A DNA stretch of 64,000 nt, taken from assembly GCA_951406725.2 (NCBI GenBank), contig OX597820.1, positions 69,564,001 to 69,628,000 of the forward strand, given 5' to 3'. Positions 27,409-42,849 of the stretch are shown one piece after another (the first letter of the stretch is position 1; every line of letters begins with the position of its first letter). A program made the translations under genes and the position numbers. This stretch comes from Octopus vulgaris. Its lineage: Eukaryota. The notes under the pieces were generated by a model. That model saw only the letters and a list, made by a program, of their open reading frames with translations, ran no database searches and was not told where the DNA came from.

Positions 27409-27798
27409 CGCAGGAGTGGCTGTGTGGTAAGTAGCTTGTTTACCAACCACATGGTTCCGGGTTCAGTCCCACTGCGTGGCACCTTGGGCAAGTGTCTTCT
27501 ACTATCGCTTTGGGCCGACCAAAGCCTTGTGAGTGGATTTGGTAGACGGAAACTGAAAGAAGCCCGTCGTATATATGTATATATATGCGTGTATGTTTGT
27601 GTGTCTGTGTTTGTCCCCCTAGCATTGCTTGACAACTGATGCTGGTGTGTTTATGTCCCCGTTACTTAGCGGGTTGGAAAAGAGACCGATGGAATAAGTA
27701 CTGGGCTTACAAGAGAATAAGTCCAGGGGTCGATTTGCTCGATTAAAGGCGGTGCTGCAGCATGGCCGCAGTCAAATGACTGAAACAAGTAAAAGAGT
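27407..27798 (+). mobile_element. SINE family B copy, full length, young
   Basis: GGCGCAGGAGTGGCTGTGTGGTAAG head to GACTGAAACAAGTAAAAGAG tail; inserted in (TA)n. Confidence 0.92.
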
Positions 27799-27952
27799 AT
27801 ATATATATATATATGTGTATGTATATATAAATATATATATATGTATATATATATATATGTATATATATATGTATATATATATATATATTATATATATATA
27901 TGTATATATATATGTATGTATATATATAAATATGTATGTGTATATATATATG

Positions 27953-28069
<117 letters not shown>

Positions 28070-28512
28070 CTTGAGAAGCTGGGTTAGTGGTTCGGCAAAA
28101 GATAATAAAATAATTACCAAGTTTTATAAAAGGAAAAAAAGAAAAAGTACTGGGTTCCATTCCTTCTACTAAAATCCTTTAAGGCAGCGCCCCAGCATGG
28201 CCGCAATCTAATGACTGACACAGATAAAAGATAAAAGATATCAAGACTTTGAACTTGGAGACTGCCAACTATATATTTGTTTATCTTTGATATGTTTCTG
28301 GCATATATATATGCGAGGGGGTTATTTTAGTTTCCGTTCACCAAATCCATTTACAAGGTTTGGTCGGCCCGAGATTATAGCAAAAGTCACTTGCCCAAGG
28401 TGTCACACAGTGGAACTGAATCCAGAACCATGCGGTTGGGAATCAAGCGTCTTACCACACAGCTATATATATATATATATATATCATATATTATTAAAAG
28501 AGAAAAAGCATC

Positions 28513-28753
28513 AAATATCCTTCACGAGCCATAGCCTCATAGGGTCGCTTTCCTGGATTCTGTGACGTATATATTTTAGCCCTGGACGGGACACCGGTTG
28601 CTGGATTAATTATTTTTGATTGCGGAGCTGATTGGAGACACGTAAAATGATATATGTTGCACAAAAAAAAACCGATCGCCTTGTCCGGGAAGCGAAACAA
28701 CAATCTTCAGATCATGACTGCAGTAGCGTAACCATTCATCCACACGCTTCCAC
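28513..28753 (-). mobile_element. Degenerate SINE with V-domain-like core
   Basis: CCCTGGACGGGACACCGGT core and tail similar to 18620-18926. Confidence 0.5.
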
Positions 28754-28905
28754 TTATATATGTGTATGTACGTATATATGTATGAGTGCGTGTGTGTGTG
28801 TGTGTTTATATAACATATCAGTCATCCGTAGACGAAACTATGAGTTCATGTTATAATTTTTTCTGTGCTAAATATTGTCTATAATTTTACATTAATTACA
28901 TTAAA

Positions 28906-30229
28906 GACCTCTTCATCCTGCTCCAAAAAATCGGATGTCCACCAAAGCTGCTGAGGATCATCAAATCTTTCCATGATTTTATGCAATGCACCATATAGCA
29001 CAATGGTTCAACATCAGCAGCCTTCCAAATAAAAAAAAGGGGTAAAGCAAGGTTGTGTCCTTGCTCCTACATTATTTGGCTTCTTTTCGCTGCTGGTGTC
29101 ACATGCCTTTCAGACATCAGATGATGGAGTGTTTCTGCACAGTAGAAGTGATGGGAAACTGTTCAATCTCTCGCGTCTGCGTGCCAAGACCAAAATCAGA
29201 AGTGTCCTGATCAAGGAACTGTTATTTGATGATGATGCCGCTCTGGTATCACACACAGAAGAAGCCCTACAAAGGCTCATCAAATGTTTAGAGCAAGCAT
29301 GTAGCAACTTTGGCTTAGTTATCAGCCTCAAGAAGACCAACAGGCTACACCGGACATCCCAAACATACATATTGGAGACCACAGTCTACAGGAGGTGGAA
29401 AAGTTTACCTATCTTGGCTCTACCGTCACCTACAACCCATCCCTTGATGCTGAGCTCAATATACTCATTGACAAGGTAGCTGCTGTGATGGCCCAACTCT
29501 CCAAACGGGCATGGGACAACAATAAGGTGACCAAGACCACAAAAATGAAGATTTACCAGGCATGTGTACTGAGCACTCTACTGTATTCAAGTGAGACTTG
29601 GACGCTATACACACGTCAAGAGCGTCGCCTAAATATCTTTCACCTGCGCTGCCTCCGGAAAATCCTTCGCATCAAATGGCAGAATCATGTCCCCAACAAA
29701 GATGTCCTCAAGCAAGCAGGGATACCAAGCATGTTTGCACTCCTCACACAAAGACGTATTAGATGGCTTGGACATGTTAGCCGTATGGAAGATGGCAAAA
29801 TCCCCAAGGACATACTCTACGGAGAGCTTGCTAGAGGCACTAGGTCTGTGGGAAGACCGTTCTTACAATACAAGGATGTTCGCAAAAGGGACACGAATGC
29901 CCGCAACATCAATATTACCAACTGGGAAGCAGTTGCCAGCAAACGTGGAGATTGGCAAAGTAACGTAAAAGAGGGAACACAAAGGAGTGACATAGAGAGA
30001 GAGGAGAAATGGAAGGACAAGAAAAGACGTCAACAAGAAACTATGACATTACATCCAGCCAGGCAAAGTCTTCGCTACATTTGCGACACCTGCTAGCGGG
30101 AGTGTTTGTCCAGGATAGGACTACACAGCCACAGCAGGAGATGTATTAGGACATGAAATGTAAAAGCCGGACTAGATTATTTTATGCGCAACTCCATTGT
30201 CTCCCGAGACGAAAATGATGCCAACAACA
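28906..30229 (+). mobile_element. RTE-clade LINE, 5'-truncated (RT C-half, thumb, C-terminal C2H2-like finger, 3' UTR)
   Basis: GVKQGCVLAP, ELLFDDD (YADD equivalent), FTYLGS, LLYSSETW, RWLGHVSRM, YICDTC*RECLSRIGLHSHSRRC; frameshifts; (CAA)n tail. Confidence 0.92.
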
Positions 30230-30514
30230 ATATATATGGATTTCGTAGACAGGAACTGAAACAAATCAATCGTATTTATATGTATGTATATATGTAAGTC
30301 TATGTGTGTCTTGGTGTTTCTTCCTCATTACTGCTTCACAACTGCTGTTCATTTATTTGCATCTACATAACTTACTGGTTTCACCAGAACAAACTAATAG
30401 AATAAGTAGCAGGCTTATCAACGTAAAAAAAAGCACTAGGCTGTGTCTCATATTTTTGTTTGCCCACTCAGTTGTATCTATCAATTTATCTTTGTATGTG
30501 TGTGTGTATATCTA

Positions 30515-30577
<63 letters not shown>

Positions 30578-30596
30578 GTATCTGTATGTCTGTCTG

Positions 30597-32004
<1,408 letters not shown>

Positions 32005-32039
32005 CAAAGTGGAGTTGTGGGGTACCGCACGAGTGTTCG

Positions 32040-32122
<83 letters not shown>

Positions 32123-32266
32123 ACATACATACATATATATATATATATATCTTTATATATATTTATATATACATACGTATATACATACATATATATATAT
32201 ATATTTATATATATATATATACACATACATATATATATATATTTATATATATATATATATATATAC

Positions 32267-32324
<58 letters not shown>

Positions 32325-33115
32325 TCACTAACAAACGCACACTCACGCGTATATGTATACACACACACATATATGTATACACACTCACACACACATATAT
32401 TCATATATACATATATATATGCACACAAATATAACATTGATGTATATAAAAACCTATTTATTAATCAGTAGATACGTTTTGAGTTCCATTTTCCTGTTTG
32501 TATCACTTAACCTATATTGCTCGTGTTTACTGGTCATTTATGGTATATGTATGAAAGAAGAACAACTGGCGCAGCTCCTCATAACTTTACAAGTAAGAAT
32601 CCATATTGGAAATCAGCAATTTTAGGAAACCTTTTATGTACATTTTTCTTTATTGATATCTGTCGTGAATAAAGCATCACCGAAACGAACATTATAAAAT
32701 CGACATTAGTTTTGAAATAAAATCCATTTACTATTTCCCAAATTGCCTTCTGTTCTAAAAGTAAATCTTTATATTACTACTCTTTTTCCACTCCAAAAGA
32801 TCTTTGACATTTGGTTTTTCCCAATTAATTTAATGAGAAGGAAGTTACATTTTTCCCCTTCTTTCTAAAGGTGTTACTGAGTCTGCGCAGTCACGTTATC
32901 GTGTCACACACTATCAATGCAATTTACACTTGTCAAACATAAGAGTATCATATTTGAAAATGTACATACTTTCGCAAAATAGAAATGTATTTCTCGAAAC
33001 ACTTATATATAATATACAACGTGCATCACAAGGCATTCACGCTGATGCACTTCCATTTATGTTTGTGTGTTTGTGTATGTGTGCGCCTGTATTGTGTGCT
33101 TGTGTGCGCGCCTGC

Positions 33116-33149
<34 letters not shown>

Positions 33150-34839
33150 TGCAGTGTGTCTGTATTTGCTTGGAGGTCTGAATGAGTGATTGTTAGTTGA
33201 CTGGCAGGACTATTACACCCCCTGAAAAGAGCTTTGCGGTAAATGTTCTGGCTATTTGCATTTTGTGTTCAAATTCAACTGAAGTCATCTTTATGTTTTA
33301 TATTTTTTCAGGATAGAATAATAAGGTACTACACTGGTACAGATGTAGCTCCTACTCGCCCTTTCTCTCTCATTCACTCAGAATCGACATCATTGCGTTG
33401 CGAGTGTCATGGTAGATCACCTACTGTATCACAATATACCATGTTTTGGAAAGAGAGAAGACGAAACACAAGCATCGAAATCTTCTTTAGCAAGATGTAA
33501 AATTTCTCAAACTAACCACCTGATAATGAGTGGGAAACTTCCAGAAAAGAACAAAATAAACTGAATCATATCCTTCAAACTCAATCGATTAGTCAATTAA
33601 TGAAGCAAACGTTTCACACATTCTCTGAGAATAACAACCGTGCTAAAAATATTCCTCATTTGTCACTTGTCATGTGAGAATGTGACCAGTTTTAATTGTC
33701 TCTTGGTATCGTAAATCTTACAGTACAGCTTAAGGTCTTCAACACAAAAGGTAAGGATGACATTAAATTTTCTCTTTACTGCTAATCATATGATATAGCC
33801 TTGGCATTTCCTGAACAAGGATGGCAAACGCCTTCATTGTCAAAACGAGCGGCAATTACCGATACATTGTTAAATTGGAATAGACTCATCTGTGACTTAA
33901 TCCTGTTTGTGATTACCATACAAGATTGTAAAAGTATTATGTATTATGTTTAAGTCTGTCTTTTAATGATATTGCACTTTGGAACTTGGCAAAGATATGC
34001 AACTCTTTCATAAGTGTGAGATAGTATCTAATACTTTATTATAGTCTAGTAATAATCTTATCAGACTTTAGGAATACTGATTCGCATCACAAAGGAGAGT
34101 GTCATTGATGAGTTGCTGCATGACAGTTTCCCAAACTATCTTCTTACCTTTGTTCGGCTCACAAGTCGCCGTTTGTTCCAATGGATCGTTTAAAATCGAG
34201 CGGCATGTTTTTTTTTTTTATTCATAACACTTGAACATGCTATTGGGCTTGTAGTCATTGATCAATGCATTTCCTGGCTTCAGCAGTAAGTTTTCTCGGG
34301 CTAACCAATAGATTAACGTTTATTTGAAAATGTTGACGATAGCTTTTCCCGTAGATTGTGATCTTCATATACTGGTAACTGATTATTGAGTTTCTCCAAT
34401 GAGAATTTGTTTCCGTTGCTTTCTCAGCAACTATTTACAAAGTTTTTTAATGGAATTTTATATTTTAGAAAACACATTTGCTCAGTGCACCGCTCAGTTG
34501 TCCGGCTTACACTCATTCGCTATGAAGTGCTCTCGGAGTGACTCTAAAGAATTCCGGGAAGGAGAATTTGTAAGTTAAATGATATATCTTTTCATATTAC
34601 GATATACACTTTGTGAACTATTGTACTAAATGCGTGACATTACACTCTTATGAAACGAAGAGATTACTTTAATCTCAAAATTAGAAAAGCTACTAGATTT
34701 GCAGAAATAAATTGAAACGGTGCAATAATTTTTTTCAAAATATAGCGGATGAACTACACTGAAAATTTAATCAATTCCACATAATAGAATAAGCAATTCG
34801 TAAGATTTTGGAATTCGGGAGAGCATACACCGCCATCAT

Positions 34840-35720
34840 TGCTTCTTGGTAGTCCATCGATATCTGATGAAGACACAGTTTGTCGTCTCAGTAGTCAGCG
34901 GTGGGAACGCATGTGGCTCCGCAGTCAAAAGCCGGAAGCACAAGGGCACCTATATGTTGGACACTAGTACTATGTTGCCGGGACTGAGGATGATGCAGCC
35001 TGGCGACTTACATCTCCTGCTGCGAGGCATTGCCGCCTTTCTTCTTCAAAGCAGCTACAGCAGTGTAGTTGGTTGACCTCCAGGTAATCCTGTTTGTGGG
35101 TGAAGTCTCGAGTCTGTGAGGATGGATTCCACACCACTTTAGGTTGCCCTTTAGAGTGTCTTTATATCTCAACTTAGGTCTTCCTTGTTGCCTTATGCCT
35201 TCCTACAGCTCACCGCACATCAGTTATCTGGAGATGCGGTGGTCAATCATATCTGATGATTTGGTCAGCTCAGAGTAACTGAGCTTTGAGCAGAAGTGCT
35301 AGATGCTCGTGAACTCTGCTCTGTCTAGGACTTTTCGGTTGGAAACTTAGTCCTGCCAGCAGATGCCCATGATTGTGCACAGTAATATCGTATGGTACTC
35401 TTCCAGCTGCCTCATGTACAGGCGACATAGAGTCTACGTTTCACAACGTGGAGCGAACGTCAGTTTTGTATATCTTGAGCTTCGCGGACAGCCTTTCTGT
35501 TGTAGTACTTTAACTCTGGGTCTACCAAGTACTTGGCTGGATTTCTGGATCCTGGATGTGATCTCATTATCCAGCGAATCGTCTGCAGAGATGGTGCTGC
35601 CTAAGTACCTGAAGCTTTCGACACCATTCAGCTCGACCCTATCAATGGAGATGAGTGGCTTATGTTTTGTTGTATTCGGGGCTGCCTGGAGTAGGACTTC
35701 CGTCTTCCCGCGGCTGGGGA
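34840..35720 (-). mobile_element. RTE-clade LINE 3' fragment
   Basis: KTEVLLQ..., VESFRYLGSTIS.D.SLDNEITSRIQK, CETxTLY, GRPKLRYKD; 3' UTR GATGGACTACCAAGAAG. Confidence 0.85.
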
Positions 35721-35959
35721 TGATCATTGCTACTGATATCAAAATCATCGTGAACACCAGAAAGTTACTTCCGTTCTCGATGACTTTTAAAATGAAGTTA
35801 ACTTTATATTTGAAGTCTGTAGGGGATATAGGATAAAACGACGTTAAGACTGAATGGATTTTTATTCAATTTGATAGTAACAAACTTAGAAGAGCTCGTA
35901 CATCTAGTTTATACTGACGTGATGCTCCAGAATGAATGACCAGAGCGTGGATAATTATA

Positions 35960-36600
35960 TAAAAGAACTAATTAATCTTAGCTATATAAATAGCAACCAA
36001 GTTATTCAACAAATCTTTATTTTTATCATTATTGGATAAATATTCTCCAGCCACATGTATATATTTCACGCACTTTTCAAGATAAATTTTATGAATATGT
36101 CTTGATATCGCAGATCATATAACACAGCCCAAAAATATGCAACAGACCAAATACTAGCAACTCTCCTGGCCTCCACTCAAACAGTCAAAATGTAAATAGA
36201 GATCCGCGTTGGACTGATTTGTAAATATGCTCAGTTCTTCAAGCTGGTTATATATTGAGTCACTATAACACTAACTGTTGATATTCAGAGAAAAAACGCT
36301 GGTCTCGTAGAGAATACATTTAAGAGCAGATTCAACAAACACATATAATCCTTCAAATGTAGATATTCAATTAATAACACTTCGCTGTATGCGGAATCTG
36401 AATGACTGTGGAGTTAAATTTATGCATGAAACGTAACAAATACATACTCATGTATACCAGTTCGAATGAAAAGATACGTACGCTACATTCATTGAATAAG
36501 TTTTATACTTTTAATACCAAAACTACAGTCACAGAACAAAACTAATGAAATATTGAGTAACTGAAACCACTGCAAGACTCTTTATCAAAATAATTATTTC
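35960..36600 (+). mobile_element. Degenerate Penelope-like element, GIY-YIG endonuclease region (Naiad-type)
   Basis: FLSLLDKY.P..., VIY*VT..., GLVENTFKSRFNKHI*SFK...NTSL. Confidence 0.6.
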
Positions 36601-37058
36601 AAGTCTGGCCTTCTCGGAAATAAATGCATGAAATTGTACCAAAAGCAATAAGTATAATTAATTTCAATTTTACTCCCACCAAAGCTAACAGAGGGAATAC
36701 ACAGCTTAAACGAGTGCCTGAACATGACACTGTGAACGCCTATGGGTGGAATTATCGATTTTACATTAACGCGCGCACACGCATACACAAACACACATGT
36801 ATATCGGTAAGTGTATATATTTTTGTGTGTTTGTGTGTATGTATGGCTGGATAGATAGATACATACATATATATGTATATTTATATACATGTAGACATAC
36901 ATATATATATATAAATGTATGTATGTATCCATGTATGTATATATATATATATGTATATATATATTTATGTATGTATGAATATATATGTGTGTGTATGTAT
37001 GTATATATGTATGTATATATATGTGTATATATATATATATATGCATGCATGTATCTAT

Positions 37059-37492
37059 AGTGATGGTTTGTTGCCAAATTAATACGGCAGTCCCATGAAA
37101 GGGAAGAATGCTACTGCTATTTAGCCGCAGAAAACATCGCTTCCAGTTGGCTATTTGACACAAACGTTCTATGTCCTGGAGTTTTCAAACAGGGGGAAAA
37201 GCGCCTCCATCCAGCAAAGCCAGCATCCAGAGATTAGTTTTCAAAGGCGAATAAGCATCGACAGCTAACAAGCCAAGCTACTCCAGACTGATGAAGAGCA
37301 ATGACTCTGAAACTAGTCTCTGGATGCTGGCTTTGCTGGGTGGAGGTACTTATCTCTCCTGTTTGTAAAATTAAGTATACAGAACATTTGTGTCAAATAG
37401 CCAACTGGAAATGAAGTGTTCTGCGGGTAAATAGTAGTAGCATTCTTCCCTTTCATGGGACTGCCGTATTAATTTGGCAATAAACTATCACT
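37059..37492 (+). mobile_element. Fold-back element with intact hammerhead (Penelope inverted pseudo-LTR or retrozyme-like)
   Basis: Arms 37059-37243 and 37308-37492 are reverse complements with long perfect stretches; TA-rich repeats on both sides. Confidence 0.9.
37282..37324 (+). ncRNA. Type-I minimal hammerhead ribozyme (canonical core)
   Basis: TCCAGA CTGATGA AGAG-caatga-CTCT GAAA C-TA-G TC TCTGGA: 6-bp stem I, 4-bp stem II, palindromic ACTAGT stem III, GUC site with predicted cleavage after 37318. Confidence 0.85.
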
Positions 37493-37552
37493 TTATTGTG
37501 CTGCTACTGTATAAGTTTCTCTGAGAGATTTAGAAATGCGATATTTCGTATA

Positions 37553-37622
<70 letters not shown>

Positions 37623-37709
37623 ATGTGTATATATAATTATCATGCGTAGTGATGTACATATTTGTGTGTAATTCTCTAATCAAGTAAAATACAAACATAT
37701 GTGTGCATA

Positions 37710-37811
<102 letters not shown>

Positions 37812-39494
37812 TTTGTCTGTATGTGTGTGTTTGTGTGAGTGATCGTTTGTGTGTATGCACTTGCATGTATGTGTATTCTAATAAGTTAGACTAGTAATAG
37901 ATAGGAAAAGAGAAGAATAAAATGGAAGAAGTTATTGTACTTGTTCGACCAAATTTGTAATTGGGGAAAACATCATGTTAATTTTGTTGTTATTTTCAAA
38001 ACATCTAGAACCATTTTCTCAGTCTTAGGAAAGCGCCGAGATGAATAAAAAAACAAAATGAAACTAGCGAGTTCAAACAAAAGTACACAATTGTATTCAA
38101 GACAATGCAACGGACCAAATCACTCTTACACTGTTTACCTTTACAATAGAAAGTGAATTTTCAAAGGAATATTTTCTGTCACCCTCGAAAAAAAAAAAAC
38201 AAAGTTTCGTTTCAATTCATTAAAAAAACAACGACAACTACACATCCTCGAGTGTTCTGTTTTGGCGCAAATGAATATCGAATATCGGGTTTGGTATTGT
38301 AACAAGTGAAAAGATTTGCCAATTAACAGTCAATTTTCGCAGTTGTTTGTTTCTATTGAAATTAATACACTAAAACAATCTTCTTTCCTTCACTCTGAGT
38401 AAAATAAAATGAAATAAAATAAAAAAGTAATTTAGCACACGCTGACACCGAATACATGTTCTTCAGTTGTACGTATTTTCAGCCGCATCAGAACATGATG
38501 AATTTATCAAGTGTAACAAAGAATATAACATTGTTTCTTCATTTCAATACATATGGTTATTGATTAATTAAAAGAAAGTCTATCGCAATTTACGAGATAA
38601 ATTAATACAATACACACGTAAATAATATTTCGAAAGCAAGACGAAGATTATTCATTTTCATTTCAAACAATTCCAGTCCTCTGTTCTTTTATTAAATATC
38701 TTTTCATCAGAATGCGAGTTATTGTGTGAAAGAAAGAGTGAATAGTTGCAAACAAGTCGAAGTAAGACGGCTTATGTCACTAGGAACAACTCACAGCAAC
38801 ATTTTCTTATTGTTTGTTGCTTTTATTTATTGAGATAGATATTACTTTCCGTACGCCAATTCTATTATCAACCATCACATTCAGATGTTCAATCCGTGAA
38901 GAAAGCTTCTTCGTACTCACTCGACTTTCTTAAAGCAGTAGCTAAATTTCTCAATTTAACTAAAATAGACAAAGTAGTACCTAATGTATGTACACAAAGA
39001 TGAAATAACGAGAGTAGGAAAATCATTATCATAAGTGTGTATGATGGTCGCTGACATGAGAGGGTGTCTAAAAAGGAAAACCCATTTTAATGGACGACAC
39101 AATATTTTTCTTCAATATAATTAGAAATAGGGATCAGAATCTCCCAGAAATCACTCTATCGCTTCTTAAGAAAACAGTGTAAATCGGATACTGTAGTTCG
39201 GTGTAGAAAATTCCGCCCTACCCCGAGAAAGGAAGATCACGCTGTAGTTCTTTAGATCGTGAGTCTTCAGGATTAGAGATGATCTGTTACTGAATGTCAA
39301 TAGTGAACACTAATATGATATTGCAGTATATGTTAATTCAGAGCGAGGTGAACAATGTATATTTATTATAAAAAAGGGAAGCTTTACCTTTTCTAGTATA
39401 ATTATACATTATTGTACGTCAGCAATGTTCGCCTCTTACATTTTTTTTATCTTCTACCAAAATGAGAATACGAATAAAAAGTCAATAACTTGTG

Positions 39495-39665
39495 CTTAGC
39501 AGCATTTCGTCCATCTTTACGTTCTGAGTTCTAATTAATCCGAAGTCTCTTTGTCCTTCATTCTTTCGGGGTCGCTAAAATAAGTACCACTTGCACACTG
39601 GGGTCGATGTAATCGATTAGCAATCCTCACCCCAAATGTCATGACTGTGCCTATAGAAAAGATTA
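39495..39665 (+). mobile_element. SINE family A copy, 5'-truncated
   Basis: TTCTTTCGGGGTCGCTAAAATAAGTACC..CTGGGGTCGATGTAATCG core. Confidence 0.7.
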
Positions 39666-40066
39666 TTACTTGTGTTTATATAATTAATTTTTGACATGTC
39701 TTTATATGATTGACTTATTACTTTTCCAGTCAGTTTTGGCATATTTTAAAACGGAAATGACTGAAAAAGATTAACATTGGCCTTGCACAAGAATAACGTT
39801 TATATTTATAGAACACATTTTCTTAAGTTTTAGTTGACCCAAGACTATGGTTGTATATAAGTGCCCAAAGTAAAGCGCTTCAGTAGAATAGATTGCTATT
39901 TAAAATATTATGTACGCATGTACATAGTATTTAGAATTACACAATATATATTTACATATTATTACAAAATTTTCGTATATAACTAACTACCTACCTACCT
40001 ACCTACGTATATATGTATGCATGTATGTATGTAAGTATGTATGTATCTATGTATGTATGCATGTAT

Positions 40067-40830
40067 GTCATTATTCAGTTTATTTCAAGATTTCTTTTCA
40101 ATAGAGAAAGAACCGGTTTCTAACCTAGATCAAAGGCCCTTTCATTGGGATTTCAACATCAACAACAAGGTATTTTTGTATGTATGTATGTAAGTATGCA
40201 TGTATGTATGCATGCATGTACAGATCAGTATGTTTTACGTATGTATTCTCTTGCATATAGTTGTATATTTAGACATATATATATTCAAACGGTAAACTTC
40301 TGGTAAGTTTTACAGATTTTTACAGTTCCATTGATGGATTGGATCTGTAGTCTTCGAATTAGCTTTCTCCTTTCTGGTTTTGAGAAGCTTAATTTCTCAA
40401 GAATGGTATTTAGGCAGTGTGTTACATATCCCAGTATCCCAATAAACCTGTATATAAGCAGGTATAAACTTGAACTTCTAATCTGGATAGAGTGGCTGCA
40501 GATTCCTCAGTAGTTCGACATAGTTGTTCTCTTTTTCACTGATCTTCAGCTTTATGTTAACATCCGCTGGGCAGCTAATTTCCACAGTTGTGCACACTTT
40601 CCCTTCTCAATCCCAAATCATTATATCAGGTCTGTTGTGCTTATATTTTATTGGGGTCTTCACTGGTACACTCTCACCAGTATTATTTTTTTACTATGAG
40701 TGGCTATGGCTTCTACCATATTATGTGTTCTTTTTTCTTTGTCCTCGGGATTATTCTTCCGGCGGATTTCATTATAGTGTCCCAGCTACAACGTCATGTC
40801 TCATCGGTAGGTACATTTTACGGCTTTTCC
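40067..40830 (-). mobile_element. R4/Dong-like RLE non-LTR retrotransposon, 5'-truncated (copy 2)
   Basis: Minus strand YLPMRHDVVA..., KHNRPDIMIWD*EGKVCTTVEISCPADVNIKLKISEKENNY..., GTVKICKT; same 3' end as copy 1, landing in (TATG)n. Confidence 0.85.
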
Positions 40831-40842
40831 TGCATTTCTATG

Positions 40843-40897
<55 letters not shown>

Positions 40898-41052
40898 TAA
40901 GTAATTAAGGGTTTAGCAACGAATTGCCTCACCAATTGCCTCGAATAGTATTACTTAAATTTTCCTCGAATGGGGCTTTTACATGCCGAAATCTACTTGG
41001 TGTAATTGATAATTATTCCTAATTAATTAATTTCACCCTTTATTATTACTGA

Positions 41053-41170
<118 letters not shown>

Positions 41171-42849
41171 GGACTTAGCCCTCATTAGACGACGTATGAG
41201 GTTTCCGCAATTTCTTGCTGAACAACCACACAAAGAGAGACAGACAGACATATAGTGAGATCGATCAATCGATCGATATATAAATAGATACATTCATACA
41301 TACATATTGATATTTACAGATTTGCGCGGAATCGTTTGCCAGTCTCAATTGACATTTGATGCTTATATCAAAATGTACGTTTATTTAACAACGTTCCTTT
41401 AGTATCCCATTTTGAAGTAGAGATTTCGATCTATTGATTCGCCTTCAGGGTTTTGCTTTCATTATATTTTCTTGCATGTTTGAAACTGTCGAAGGAATAA
41501 AAAGCAAAATCAAAGGAGATACTCTATGAGTTCAAAAGGATCGGCAAAGCGATGGAAACTGCTTGTAATATCAACAGGATATTTTGACCTGAACCGTATT
41601 CGAACCGGCTCGTCGAAGAGTGGGTGTTCGTCATAACAGACTGGTCTTCTAAATTCAAGTCATTGTGTGTATGTTAGAAGTTAATACTTACTTATAATAG
41701 GAAGATGGTGTATTAGAATCATTGGAGCAACAATGACCATGCTCTGTTTGATAACCTATCGTTACATTCTAATTTCTGATTTACTGAACCATTGTATCTG
41801 TAGATATCCAACTGCTAACTAAAGTATCTTTTAAATATACTTTACTTAGAGGAAGTTGGAGGATATCCGTTAGTAATAGAGTGCCAATATGGTGAGTGGA
41901 AACTCTGGATTTCTTCCAGAATTTTTGTGAGTGTAGCAACAGTACTGTTCAAGTTATGTGTCTAGTAAGCCATTGTAATGCAATCATTCATTTCTTCCTA
42001 TGGTCTGGCAAATGCTTTGATTTTTCAATATCTTTGTATTTAAGATACGTGATTTGACATGATCAGAGGGTCCCTGCTTAAAAGCCATGTTTGCAACGGC
42101 CGCTTGACATACAATTGAAGGTAAAACTCCAGATGAAGCCGAATAACTTGCAAGATGTCTTCCCAGATACTTACAAATTGATGATGGTGGTGGTGGGTGG
42201 CATGAACAAATATTCCTTTCATAATATTTGACAGTGAAATTAGCACATTTGCACAGTTTCTGAAACGGTAAGTTAGTGAATTTTAACTGACCCTACCCTG
42301 TTGTCGTTGAATAGTCAGATGGTAGAGTGTTGGCCAGAATGACATGCAGTATTTGCTATGTTTCATGAAGTTCTAACATCATATTCCTTCGAGGTAAACT
42401 CTACTTTCACCTTGCCAAGGTTAATACAATAAAATACCATTCTAGGTAATTTTCTTGGTTGGAATAGCAACAGCGTTGTTGAAAATCTCGCGGAATTTGT
42501 TCAGGTCGTACATGTTCTGTGACCAGATTCTGCCGAGGTCAACTGTACTCTTCAAAGTTCCGAGTTATAAATGACATTATCAAGTATCGTATCAGTTCGG
42601 ATCTGTAGACCGAAGCTGTAAGGGAGAGAGACAAAATACTTTACTGGTTTTGTTCCAGCTATTTACGTTGAGAGATCAAAATCCACCGAAATGAGCTTCC
42701 CTTTTCACCATTTTGTGATTGATATGATAAAGTACCAGTCGAATAAGACACACCAGCGAGATTATTACATGATTGAGAAAAACTTTATTCCTCCATTGGG
42801 TACCTGGTTTATTTATAAGTTCGAAATTTGCAGGCAACGTCACTGGTAT

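Noticed and set aside
33730-34560. Possible piggyBac transposase remnant on the minus strand (KP...INDY, Cys-rich end)
   Set aside because: Motifs are too fragmentary and no TTAA-CCC termini were found
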